The translations under genes were made by a program, and so were the position numbers. The notes below the pieces were generated by a model. That model was not told the DNA's origin. It ran no database searches and saw nothing but the letters and a program-made list of their open reading frames with translations. From assembly GCA_041577295.1 (NCBI GenBank), contig JBFGJG010000023.1, positions 1 to 64,000 on the forward strand: DNA of 64,000 bases. Reading direction: 5' to 3'. Source of the stretch: Gemmatimonadales bacterium (GTDB lineage Bacteria > Gemmatimonadota > Gemmatimonadetes > Gemmatimonadales > GWC2-71-9). Shown piece after piece: positions 29,717-39,015 of this stretch. Position 1 is the first letter of the stretch; every line of letters starts with the position of its first letter.

Positions 29717-31261
29717 TCACCGGGTGGCCGCCCGCGCGGCCTCCACCAGACGGTGGATCCTGGCTTTCAACTCGGCGCTGGAAAACGGCTTCGTCATGTA
29801 GTCATTCGCCCCGAGCTGGAACGCACGCACGATGTCGTGCTCACTGCCCAACGACGTCAGCATGAGCACAGGCACTTCACGGAACTCCGGACGCTCGCGA
29901 AGCCGCTGTAATAGCTGAAATCCGTCCATGCCGGGCAGCTTCACATCGAGAATGAAGAGTGACGCTTCGGTCAGATCATCGACCTTGGCCAACAGCTCCG
30001 TGCTGGACGGAAAATGACGCACTTGGAAACCCTCGCGCGCCAACCGGTGCTGGATGACGTTCGCCGTGACCTGATCGTCTTCCGCGAGAACGATCATGCG
30101 CGTCTGCTTCGCAGGTGCATCCTCGCTCGAGACCACCCGCTCCTGCTCGCTGGCCCGCGCGATGTAGAGCAGGCGATCGCCTTCGGCGATCACTTCGGGC
30201 AGCGCCGCACCTTCCAACACTGCCACGACCCCAGCGGTGAACGATGCCACCATGTGTTGATCCGATTCGGCGATCGTATCGGCCAGCGACTTCAACGCCT
30301 TGCGCAGCGCGATAGTAGCTCCCCGCACCGCGGTCCCAGGGAAGAGCACCACATAGTCGTCTCCTCCCCATCGCGCGATCACGTCCACCTCACGCAACGA
30401 CTTCGACAACGCCTGGGCGAAGCTCCGGGCTGCGGCATCGCCCGATCCACTGGGGTCGCGACCAGGCGCCGTGCGATCGAGACTCACAACGGCCACCGAA
30501 AGCGGTGCCTTGTTGCGGGCGCTGAGGGACGCGTGATACTCGTAGGTCTCTGAGAAGGCTGCCCGATTCAGAAAGTGGGTGACCGGGTCGCGACGGGGCT
30601 CCGACCGGATCTCGCCAAACCGTTGAAGCGCGCTCACCACCGCCGGCGCCACGGCCGACGCATCCATCGGCCGCCTGACGAAACTGTCAGCGCCGAGCGC
30701 AAAGCACTCGGATCGAACGGCATCACCCGAAGGCTTACCGAGCATGAAGATCGGCAGCCCCGCGGTGTCTGGACGGTGTCGAAGACTCGTCAACACATCA
30801 CGTCCGTCTCGGTCGGGCAACACGAGGTCCAACAGGATGAGCCCTACCTCGTGATCGTCCAGCACGTGCTCGGCCTGCTCCGCCGTGAGCGCTACCATGA
30901 CCTCGCGGTGCCGGTCACTCAACGCTGCCGTGAGCGCCCGCGCCACCGCCTGATCGGCCCCGATATAGAGAATCCGCACCACTGCGGTATCCACCACCGC
31001 CGTGACGGTCCGCAGCGTGTCGAGCAGCCGTACCGCGGTGTCACCCAGATCGCCGTCTTCCGATTCGAGCAGCTCGCTGGCCGCTTCGCTGATCTCGGAG
31101 AAGCCAAAACACTGGCCCGAGTCCCTCAGACCACGAGCGAGCCGTTTGAGTGACTGGGGTGCCCCAGGCTCCCCGGCTTTGTGAGCTCGGGTCGCCTGAT
31201 CGAGGGCGTCTATTTGGAGCGAGAGTCCCTGACAGTACCATCGTCTCGCGTCATCTATCAT
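29717..31261 (-). CDS. Multidomain regulator: pseudo-Hpt, atypical REC, degenerate GGDEF with I-site, canonical REC
   Basis: LARGLRDSG..FGF; LLDLVLP..DG; REVD-5aa-GGDDY; C-terminal EDD..LD..T..KPF. Confidence 0.85.
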   Translation of the reverse strand: MIDDARRWYCQGLSLQIDALDQATRAHKAGEPGAPQSLKRLARGLRDSGQCFGFSEISEAASELLESEDGDLGDTAVRLLDTLRTVTAVVDTAVVRILYIGADQAVARALTAALSDRHREVMVALTAEQAEHVLDDHEVGLILLDLVLPDRDGRDVLTSLRHRPDTAGLPIFMLGKPSGDAVRSECFALGADSFVRRPMDASAVAPAVVSALQRFGEIRSEPRRDPVTHFLNRAAFSETYEYHASLSARNKAPLSVAVVSLDRTAPGRDPSGSGDAAARSFAQALSKSLREVDVIARWGGDDYVVLFPGTAVRGATIALRKALKSLADTIAESDQHMVASFTAGVVAVLEGAALPEVIAEGDRLLYIARASEQERVVSSEDAPAKQTRMIVLAEDDQVTANVIQHRLAREGFQVRHFPSSTELLAKVDDLTEASLFILDVKLPGMDGFQLLQRLRERPEFREVPVLMLTSLGSEHDIVRAFQLGANDYMTKPFSSAELKARIHRLVEAARAATR

Positions 31262-31971
31262 AGGGCACCGGTTTTCGTCCTAATTAGTGAGATCATCGCC
31301 CGCGGGGTGCCGGCCCTTGAGTGACCGGGCGCCCTGGTGCAGCCTGTACAGTGTGTTGATTGGGTGTCCACGGTATCTGTGATATGGTTCGCAAATTGCG
31401 GTTCCCCGCCCCCCGCAGACTCCCAGGAGGGGGGAAGTCCGGTCTGCCCGCGAACCCGTCGGAGGCTTGCTCTGCTGGGACGACAGTCCCCCCCCTGGGC
31501 GGGGGGCCCCACGTCGTCACCGTGATCACCCTGGGAGGGGTCAGCCCGAGGGCCACGGACCGGATTCATCCGTCCTGACTGCATCCGCATATGACGTAAC
31601 GCCGCTATAGATAATAACTTACGACCACTTGAGCAATGGGAGGCTCCTTCGCCCCCCTCAGGCGCCCCTGGTGCCCTGCGTCATTCTCCATGCGGGGCAG
31701 CGCGAATCTCCGGCTACCCACCGCTGTCGATCCTACTCCATGCTTCGTCGCGCGCGCGCTGCACGGGATCAACGTGATGGATGACCGCGTCTGCAGATGC
31801 GTGCGCAAACGTGAAGAAGCGTGCGTGATTCTTCGACAAACCGCGACCAAATGGCTCGACACGCGGTCAGCGCTCAACTGTCACGCGTAATCCCGGTCAC
31901 CGCGATCATCGACTGCTGAGGGTTAGGTTGACCACCGTGAGTGAAGCCTGAGCCTTCGCAGGAGGAGATAT

Positions 31972-33087
31972 ATGAGGAGAGTATTCAAGTCATCGATTGC
32001 GTTTGTACCGGTCGTAGCATTGTCGCTGTCGGCGTGTACGGATGCAATCGGTCCGGATGCGCTGGAACCGCTCGACGCTGTGTCGGCAAACCAACAAGCG
32101 CAGAGCGTGACGCAGTCGCTCGAGAGCAACCCAGCGTTGCCAAGTCTCGAGATTCTCGAGACCACGACACCATTTCTGGCCGGAACGGCTGCCGGTGTGT
32201 TGCTACAGTCCGCCGCACCGTTCAACCCCGGGGCCAACGGCGAGGGGCTGGCGGCACGGTTAGAGCGCGTGCGGACTGCCGCGGCACCATACCTCAGCTC
32301 TGCCGAGCCTGCGGTGATTCTTCCGGCCGACCTCCTCGGCAAGACTATGGTGTACAACGCGGCTACGGAGCAGTACGAGCCTGAGGATCCGGACCGGGGA
32401 GGAGCGCCGGCGAACGGCGTACGGTTCATCCTCTACGCTCTCGATCCGGTCTTCAAGCGACCGATCGTCGAGCAGGAAGTCGGATACGCCGACTTCATGG
32501 ATGAGTCAACACCGGCCGAAGACGCGATGCGCATCGTCGTCGTCATGAACAGCGCCCCCGACAGCCCGGTGATCGACTATCGGGCGAGCGCCTCGGTTGA
32601 AGTGCTCGGCGGCGTGACGATCGTGTTCCGCGCGCTTGGATTCGTGGACGACGGCAACCGCCGGTTGGAATTCGATCTCGAGCAGCGTATCTCCGAGAAT
32701 GAGCGGCTCGAGCTGAATTACGAGCTCGAATCGGTGGACAGCGGCATCACCATCACCTTCACAGCCCTGGCGGGACCCGAAGTCGATGGGGTGCAGCTCA
32801 TGCTCTCGGTGAAAAACGAGCGCGAGGAGATCAAGCTCACGTTGACCGTCACCGAAGCGGGTATTACGGGACAGCTCGTCTTGCCAGGCAGCGACAATCC
32901 AATCAACATTCAGGCCAATCGTGACGAGTGGTCCATCACGCATGAAGACGGCTCAGAAGTTACCGAAGACGAAAAGCAGGCCATCCGCAACATGTTCCAA
33001 CTCATGGAGCGGATCGAGCATGTGGTTCGCAAGCTCATGCGGCCTGCCCACCGAATCCTCGGAGTGCCGCTCTTCGCACTCGACTAG
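31972..33087 (+). CDS. Lipoprotein of unknown function
   Basis: AGGAGGAG RBS, LSAC lipobox, beta-rich acidic body. Confidence 0.8.
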   Translation: MRRVFKSSIAFVPVVALSLSACTDAIGPDALEPLDAVSANQQAQSVTQSLESNPALPSLEILETTTPFLAGTAAGVLLQSAAPFNPGANGEGLAARLERVRTAAAPYLSSAEPAVILPADLLGKTMVYNAATEQYEPEDPDRGGAPANGVRFILYALDPVFKRPIVEQEVGYADFMDESTPAEDAMRIVVVMNSAPDSPVIDYRASASVEVLGGVTIVFRALGFVDDGNRRLEFDLEQRISENERLELNYELESVDSGITITFTALAGPEVDGVQLMLSVKNEREEIKLTLTVTEAGITGQLVLPGSDNPINIQANRDEWSITHEDGSEVTEDEKQAIRNMFQLMERIEHVVRKLMRPAHRILGVPLFALD

Positions 33088-33900
33088 GTGAACCGAGAGG
33101 CTCACCGCCTCCTAGCCGGCGCGTTCGCCGTCGCGGTTTTCGCGGCGTGCGACGCGCCGGCGCCGCCTGGAGATCTCATCTTCGTCGATGGACGCGCCGT
33201 TGCACCGGCGGATGATTCGCTCTTCGCGGTGACTCGCCCCGGTAGCGAGGGGTTCGTGGTGCTCGACCGCCGGTCGCGGAACGCCGATACGCTCGGGCGC
33301 AACCAACTTTTCAGTCCTTTCCACATCCAAGAACTCGGCGGTCGCTGGTACGTATCGGATGCGCGCGATGGTGAGGCCTCCATTGCGATCTTCTCGTCGA
33401 CTGGCAATCTCGCGACGCGAATCATCGTCGATACCCTGGTGTCGGCACCGCATCAGTTCGCCATCCTCCCGGATGGGCGCATCGTCCTGGAAGCGCTGGA
33501 CGACCGCTTGGTGACCCTGCCGTCCGATGGACCCGCTTCGACGTTCACGATCACCGAACAGGCCGAGCGACCCGGACTCCTTGTGGCGGCGGCTGGTGGC
33601 GTGTTGCACGCGCTCCCTGGCAAATCGCTCACCCTGTACAACGCGAACGGGAACCTGCGGTGGCGTCTACCCTGGCCATGGCACGAGCGCGCGTTCGTCG
33701 CCGACCTCGCCGTGGATGCGCAAGGGCGTTACCACGTCCTCGCAGGCGAGGAGAACCGAAACACGTTTGTCGTGTTTAGCCTGTCGCCCACGACTGGTGA
33801 GGTGCTCCGCTGGTCGATCCCAGGCCCTTATGCAACGTTCGCTGTGGACCGCATGGGCGGCATCAGGCCGGACACAACGCGGTGGAGGAACGGGGAGTAG
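33088..33900 (+). CDS. Lipoprotein, possible beta-propeller
   Basis: FAAC lipobox; blade-like segments (WYVSD, DLAVDAQGRYHV, FAVD..G); abuts the upstream gene. Confidence 0.7.
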   Translation: MNREAHRLLAGAFAVAVFAACDAPAPPGDLIFVDGRAVAPADDSLFAVTRPGSEGFVVLDRRSRNADTLGRNQLFSPFHIQELGGRWYVSDARDGEASIAIFSSTGNLATRIIVDTLVSAPHQFAILPDGRIVLEALDDRLVTLPSDGPASTFTITEQAERPGLLVAAAGGVLHALPGKSLTLYNANGNLRWRLPWPWHERAFVADLAVDAQGRYHVLAGEENRNTFVVFSLSPTTGEVLRWSIPGPYATFAVDRMGGIRPDTTRWRNGE

Positions 33901-33934
33901 GGAGGAAAACCCCTCACGTACGACGCACTGTAGC

Positions 33935-35053
33935 TCAGTATTTCAGTTCCGCCGCGGCTGCAAACTGTTTGAGGAGCTCTTGCTGCTCGCTGGTGAGCTC
34001 GTCCGGAATCCGGACGTCCACCTCGACGAGCTGATCTCCACGCCGACCATTCCGCTCGATCCCCTGGCCCCGGATGCGGAACTTACGACCGGGTTGCGTT
34101 CCCGGAGGAATCCGTAACACGACGTGCTTCCCCTCGAGCGTTCGCACCCGAATCTTGGTACCGAGGACGGCTTGGGCGAGATTGAGTGGAACAGTGCAAT
34201 AGATGTCGTACCCCTCGCGCCGGAAGAATCGATCGTTTTGGACCTGGAAGGTCACCAACAGGTCGCCCGGCGGACCGCCACCCGCATCGCGCTGTCCCTG
34301 TCCCTTCAACCGCACGCGATCGCCGGATGCCGTTCCGGCTGGAACCGTGACGAGGATGCGTTTGGGGAGGGTGACCTCTCCATTGCCGCTGCACTTCTTA
34401 CAGGACTCGCTCGCGACTTTGCCCTGCCCTCGACAAGCCGGGCAGGGACGATTCACGGCAAACGTGCCCTGACCAAAGCTCACCGTGCCGCGGCCGCTGC
34501 ACTCGCTACACACGTTGACCTTGGCCCCCGGTGCCGCTCCCGATCCGCCACAGGTGGGGCACGCCTCGGAGATCTGGACGGTGATCGGGACTTTTCCACC
34601 CACCGCCGCCACCTTGAACGGAACCTCGACGGTTCTCTCAATATGCTCGGGAGTGCTCGTTCGGCGCCCGCGGCCGAAGATCGAGGAGAACAGATCTCCA
34701 AGGCCGCCAAACCCGCCAAACGATCCGCCCGGCCCGGTTCCAAAGTCCAGATCCTCGAAACGAAACGACGTGCCCCCACCACCGCGCGGACTGCGACCGC
34801 TCCACCCGCCCTGCGACCCCACCCCAAACGCGCCCAGCTTCCGCATCGTATCGTACTGCTTCCGCTTGGCAGGATCGCTCAGCACGGAGTTGGCTTCGGA
34901 GATCTCCTTGAACCGGTCAGCTGCCGTGGCGTTGTCGGGATTGGCATCGGGATGGTACTGCTTCGCCAAGCGCCGATACGCCTTCTTGATCTCGTCGCTC
35001 GTGGCGCTCTCGTTAACGCCAAGCACTTGGTAGTAGTCCTTCACCGCGGGCAT
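33935..35053 (-). CDS. dnaJ: Chaperone DnaJ, type I
   Basis: J-domain HPD, G/F-rich region, four CxxCxGxG repeats. Confidence 0.95.
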   Translation of the reverse strand: MPAVKDYYQVLGVNESATSDEIKKAYRRLAKQYHPDANPDNATAADRFKEISEANSVLSDPAKRKQYDTMRKLGAFGVGSQGGWSGRSPRGGGGTSFRFEDLDFGTGPGGSFGGFGGLGDLFSSIFGRGRRTSTPEHIERTVEVPFKVAAVGGKVPITVQISEACPTCGGSGAAPGAKVNVCSECSGRGTVSFGQGTFAVNRPCPACRGQGKVASESCKKCSGNGEVTLPKRILVTVPAGTASGDRVRLKGQGQRDAGGGPPGDLLVTFQVQNDRFFRREGYDIYCTVPLNLAQAVLGTKIRVRTLEGKHVVLRIPPGTQPGRKFRIRGQGIERNGRRGDQLVEVDVRIPDELTSEQQELLKQFAAAAELKY

Positions 35054-35055
35054 CC

Positions 35056-35727
35056 CTACCCTCGAACCTCCTGGTCCTGATCCGCCGATTCGGAGAACAT
35101 GGCAACCTGCACCCGCGCCGGACGAAGCAGGATGTCGCCGAATCGGTACCCCACCTGCATCACGGCGGCCACCGTGCCATCGTCCTCAGGACCGGTCGCC
35201 GGGACGGAACCGATCGCTTCGTGATGGTTTGGGTCAAAATCCTCGCCAACCGCCCCCACCCGCTTCAGCCCCGCGCTCTCCAGCTCGCGCAAGAGCTTCC
35301 GCTCGACGAGTTCCACACCGGCCAGGACGTCCTGCACCGTGGCCGCCGTGGGATCCAGATCCGACACGCGTGCCAGGTCATCCAGCGCGTCCAGCGTATT
35401 GGCAATCACCTCCGCCTGCGCACGCCCGCGCATCTCGCTCCGCTCGCGCACCGTGCGCTTCTTGTAGTTGTCAAATTCCGCCGCAAGCCTGAGGTAACGG
35501 TCCTTGGTCGCGTCCAGTTCGTCTGTAAGACGTTGAATCGCCTGTTGGGGAGGCTCGACCAGCGCTGCACCACCTTGGCTGGTCTCGGCTTCTCCTTGCG
35601 CGATCTCCGGCTCGGGACCGCCGCCGTCTTCCCTGGGAGGTGAGGTGTAGGCCGCAGCCGCCTCATCGGCAGGGCCCATCTGACCGTCTCCTGCTTCGTG
35701 CTCGCCGGGCATTCGAGTTTCAGTCAT
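35056..35727 (-). CDS. grpE: Nucleotide exchange factor GrpE
   Basis: RLAAEFDNYKKR, FDPNHHEA, GY.....LLRPARV.V. Confidence 0.96.
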   Translation of the reverse strand: MTETRMPGEHEAGDGQMGPADEAAAAYTSPPREDGGGPEPEIAQGEAETSQGGAALVEPPQQAIQRLTDELDATKDRYLRLAAEFDNYKKRTVRERSEMRGRAQAEVIANTLDALDDLARVSDLDPTAATVQDVLAGVELVERKLLRELESAGLKRVGAVGEDFDPNHHEAIGSVPATGPEDDGTVAAVMQVGYRFGDILLRPARVQVAMFSESADQDQEVRG

Positions 35728-35859
35728 GTGTTTCCCATTATTCTATGATGTACAACCACTTACCATTCTCAGGCTTACAGTGAAATCTACATCAAGAATC
35801 GCAATCGGCGTACCAGCAGCCATCTGCCAGAATGACTGATGGGAGAGGGTCTCTCAACC

Positions 35860-37134
35860 CTACGTCTGACGCCCCGCATCTGCTTCAACGAGCAACATGC
35901 GACGCAACAGATCGAGTCCCGCCTGCGCGCTCCGCTTGCGTATCCAGGCCCGTCCACCCGGAAAAACAACCCGCATGGCTCGCTCGCTTCCAGGCGCTCG
36001 CGCGGCGAGCCAGACCGTGCCCACCGGCTTCCCGCTGCTTCCGCCACCCGGCCCGGCGATTCCGGTGATGGCGATAGCCGTCTCCGTCTCGAAACGCTGG
36101 GCGACTCCCCGCACCATGGCGACCACCACTTCTTCGCTCACCGCGCCATGTCGTGCGATGACTGCAGGCGCGACACCGAGCTCGCGAATCTTGGACGCGT
36201 CCGAATAGCACACCACGCCCCCAGCAAAGGCTGCAGACGCCCCGGCAATCGCGGTCACGCGTGCCCCGAGCAGACCACCCGTGCACGATTCGGCGATGCT
36301 GAGCTTGAGCCCGCTGGCTTGCAGCGCCGTTAGCACCACGGCGGCGAGATCCACGCCCTCTTCTCCGTAAAAATAGGGCCCGAGAAGCGGCAGCAGCCGG
36401 TCGCGTGCGTCCTGGAGGAGACGCTCCGCTTCATCGGATGGCACGTCCCACACTGTCAATCGCAAGTCAGCACCGATCCCCTGCGGCAAGTACGCAAGGG
36501 ATACCGATGACAGGGAGGCCTCATGGTCACCCAGCAGATCCGCCAACGCGGATTCCGAGATCCCGGTTGTGCGCAATGTTCGTGACCGCGTGACCCGGCG
36601 CGAGCCTCCGACCCCAAAGCGCTGCTCGAGCCTGGGCACGACCTCCTCTCGTAAAAGACCCTCCATCTCATGGGGGACGCCGGGCAAGAGGATGGCGATG
36701 CCAGGCTTCCCCTCGAGCCACAGACCGGGAGCTGAGCCACGAGGGTTGGGCAGTATCCTCGCCCCGCGGGGCACCTCGGCCTGAGAGCGATTGGAGACGG
36801 GCATTGGTCCACGCCGAAATGCCGCGAACCGTTCCTCGAGGTTTCGCAGGTAGTCCTCGTCCAGCACGAGAGGAGCGTCGAAGATCCGCGCCACTGCGCT
36901 CTTTGTGACATCGTCACGAGTTGGGCCGAGACCGCCGGTGACGATCACCAGTCCGGCGCGCTGTAGGCCTTGTTGCACGACGTCGTGAATGTCCTCCGCT
37001 CGATCGGCGACGGTGCTGTGCCGTACGACGCGGACGCCCATCCCGGCCATGGTCTGGGCGATCTTCGCTGCGTTGGTGTCGAGTGTGAAGCCGAGGAGAA
37101 GCTCGGTGCCGATGGTTACGATCTCAAGGTCCAT
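35860..37134 (-). CDS. cinA: Competence/damage-inducible protein CinA (molybdopterin-like domain + NMN deamidase)
   Basis: IGTELL.G...DTN, TGGLGPT.DD, LPGVP.EM, AESCTGG, GAVS, TGIAGP.GG. Confidence 0.95.
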   Translation of the reverse strand: MDLEIVTIGTELLLGFTLDTNAAKIAQTMAGMGVRVVRHSTVADRAEDIHDVVQQGLQRAGLVIVTGGLGPTRDDVTKSAVARIFDAPLVLDEDYLRNLEERFAAFRRGPMPVSNRSQAEVPRGARILPNPRGSAPGLWLEGKPGIAILLPGVPHEMEGLLREEVVPRLEQRFGVGGSRRVTRSRTLRTTGISESALADLLGDHEASLSSVSLAYLPQGIGADLRLTVWDVPSDEAERLLQDARDRLLPLLGPYFYGEEGVDLAAVVLTALQASGLKLSIAESCTGGLLGARVTAIAGASAAFAGGVVCYSDASKIRELGVAPAVIARHGAVSEEVVVAMVRGVAQRFETETAIAITGIAGPGGGSSGKPVGTVWLAARAPGSERAMRVVFPGGRAWIRKRSAQAGLDLLRRMLLVEADAGRQT

Positions 37135-37807
37135 CGCCAGGGGCGCCACCCCCAACCGGCGAGCTGCCAAACAGCCGGCGGTATCGATAGATGTAGACGC
37201 CCAGGGAGTAGGCGGTCAGCAGCACCGCGATCCCCAAGGTGATCGCAACCACGCCGCCGTGGAAGCGATCCCAGAGCGCGCCCAACCAGCCGCGCTCCCA
37301 GCCGAACGCTACCCGCATGTCCTTCCACGCAAACCAGGCGATGGTCGCGCCGATGAAGATGTCCTGCACGATGGTCTTGGCCTTGCCCGCTCCGACCGCG
37401 GCGATCACGACCCCCCGTCGCTTGGCGACCTGTCGAAAGATCGTCATCAAGACTTCGCGACCGATGAGCAGGATGGCAACCCACAGCGGGAGACTTCCCC
37501 ACCACGGGATTTCGTATTCGCGCATAGGATAGCGCGTGATCCAGTAGATGGGGATCAAGGTGGCGACCAGGAGCAGCTTGTCCGCCAGGGGGTCGAGCAG
37601 CTTCCCCAGGTCGGTAATCTGATCGCGCTCCCTTGCGAGCCGGCCGTCGTAGATGTCGCTCACGGCGGCGATGAGGAATACGACGAACGCGATGAGCTTT
37701 GGTTGATACCCGTTGATGAACGGGAGAAGGGCGATCACCGGGGCGAGCGCTATCCGGGCGATCGTCAAGATGTTTGGTAGGGTCCAAATCCCAGACTGGG
37801 TTGTCAC
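37124..37807 (-). CDS. pgsA: CDP-alcohol phosphatidyltransferase (PgsA-like)
   Basis: PN.LT..R and D..DG.LAR......T.LG.LLDP.ADK. Confidence 0.9.
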   Translation of the reverse strand: MTTQSGIWTLPNILTIARIALAPVIALLPFINGYQPKLIAFVVFLIAAVSDIYDGRLARERDQITDLGKLLDPLADKLLLVATLIPIYWITRYPMREYEIPWWGSLPLWVAILLIGREVLMTIFRQVAKRRGVVIAAVGAGKAKTIVQDIFIGATIAWFAWKDMRVAFGWERGWLGALWDRFHGGVVAITLGIAVLLTAYSLGVYIYRYRRLFGSSPVGGGAPGDGP

Positions 37808-37809
37808 TC

Positions 37810-38484
37810 CTAACTCAACGATTTGAGCACCATCTTGGCGACGGCTCGGAGCGTGTCGAACACCCCATCTCCCGTGATGGCCACCGATTCAAAGTACGGA
37901 ACGCGCTCGATCCATGTTCCATTCATCTGCTGCACCAGCATCTCGCCGGGATGCCAGGGATCCGGGATGGATCTCTGCTTGACGGCGTCGTCCACCGGCC
38001 ATCCGGGGTTCAGAGCATCCTGCAGCATCGCCACGGCGGCGGCGTTGGGGAGATCGCGCTTGTTGTACTGAATGGCGAAGGGAATCTTGGTGAGATCGTA
38101 TCCGTACTCCGCCATGTTATCGTAGAGGTTTTGCATGGATTCGATGTTCGCTTCCATGCGCTCCGTCTGACTGTCCGCCACGAAGATGATGCCGTCCACG
38201 CCTTTGAGGATCAGCTTGCGGGAGGCGTTGTAATACACCTGACCTGGGACCGTGTAGAGATGGAAGCGCGTCTTGAAGCCGCGGATGGTGCCCAAATCTA
38301 CGGGGAGAAAATCGAAGAAGAGCGTGCGCTCGGTCTCAGTGGCCAACGAGACCATCTTGCCTCGAGTGTCCGGCGCCAGTTTGCCGTAGATGTGCTCGAG
38401 GTTCGTGGTTTTCCCACCTAGCCCAGGTCCGTAGTAGACCAACTTGCAGTTGATCTCCCTGGACGCGTAGTTGATCATCGACAT
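37810..38484 (-). CDS. mglA: MglA small GTPase with a C-terminal insertion
   Basis: [37 protein letters not shown]. Confidence 0.95.
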   Translation of the reverse strand: MSMINYASREINCKLVYYGPGLGGKTTNLEHIYGKLAPDTRGKMVSLATETERTLFFDFLPVDLGTIRGFKTRFHLYTVPGQVYYNASRKLILKGVDGIIFVADSQTERMEANIESMQNLYDNMAEYGYDLTKIPFAIQYNKRDLPNAAAVAMLQDALNPGWPVDDAVKQRSIPDPWHPGEMLVQQMNGTWIERVPYFESVAITGDGVFDTLRAVAKMVLKSLS

Positions 38485-38502
38485 ATCAGACTACGCTCCG
38501 GC

Positions 38503-39003
38503 TCACTCTCCGAAGAGTCGATCGATCTCGTCCTCAGCACCCTCGAGGAGTCCCGCGCCGGGCCGCCGGGCGTGGTCGCCGGCCGAAGCGGCTCGGCTGA
38601 ACATCTCCTCGAAGAGCCTGGTGAGCTCGATTACCGTTTGCTTTACACGGAGTCGGACCATGCCTACGGTTGTTCGCTGATCGAAGAGCACGACGAGGAT
38701 GACTCGTCGCGCGATGTCCGCCAAGTACATCGACTCGCGCTCGCCCTGATGGAACAGCGAGGCAAACTCCGGCTCGCCGATCATCTTGGCCAATTGATCG
38801 TTGGCGCTGAAATCGGCGGCTGTCAATGATGCGAACGCCGTGGGGTCGAACGAGAGCCGCTCCCCGGCGTTCGCCAACAGCTGCCCTGTGCGGTCCACGA
38901 GCAGAGCACACCGAGCGTTCGACTCCTTGAGGAAGGTCGTGAGCTGCTCGGTGATCCTGTGGTAATCCCGTTCGTCAATCGACCAGGTGCCAGCACCAGC
39001 CAT
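38503..39003 (-). CDS. mglB: MglB roadblock/LC7 GTPase-activating protein
   Basis: LVDRTGQ, F..LFHQGE, G.VRL, acidic EDEIDRLF tail; directly upstream of mglA. Confidence 0.92.
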   Translation of the reverse strand: MAGAGTWSIDERDYHRITEQLTTFLKESNARCALLVDRTGQLLANAGERLSFDPTAFASLTAADFSANDQLAKMIGEPEFASLFHQGERESMYLADIARRVILVVLFDQRTTVGMVRLRVKQTVIELTRLFEEMFSRAASAGDHARRPGAGLLEGAEDEIDRLFGE

Positions 39004-39015
39004 GAATATCTCGTC

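Noticed and set aside
31425..31570. RNase P RNA, suggested by GGGGAAGTCCGG and a P4-like bulged helix
   Set aside because: Far too short, and the other conserved regions such as ACAGAA...GGCUUA are absent.
31440..31575. c-di-GMP-I or c-di-AMP riboswitch fragments (GCAAGCCTCCG, CGAACCCGTC, TGAATCC)
   Set aside because: Fragments lie on different strands or lack the required flanking helices; no full consensus.
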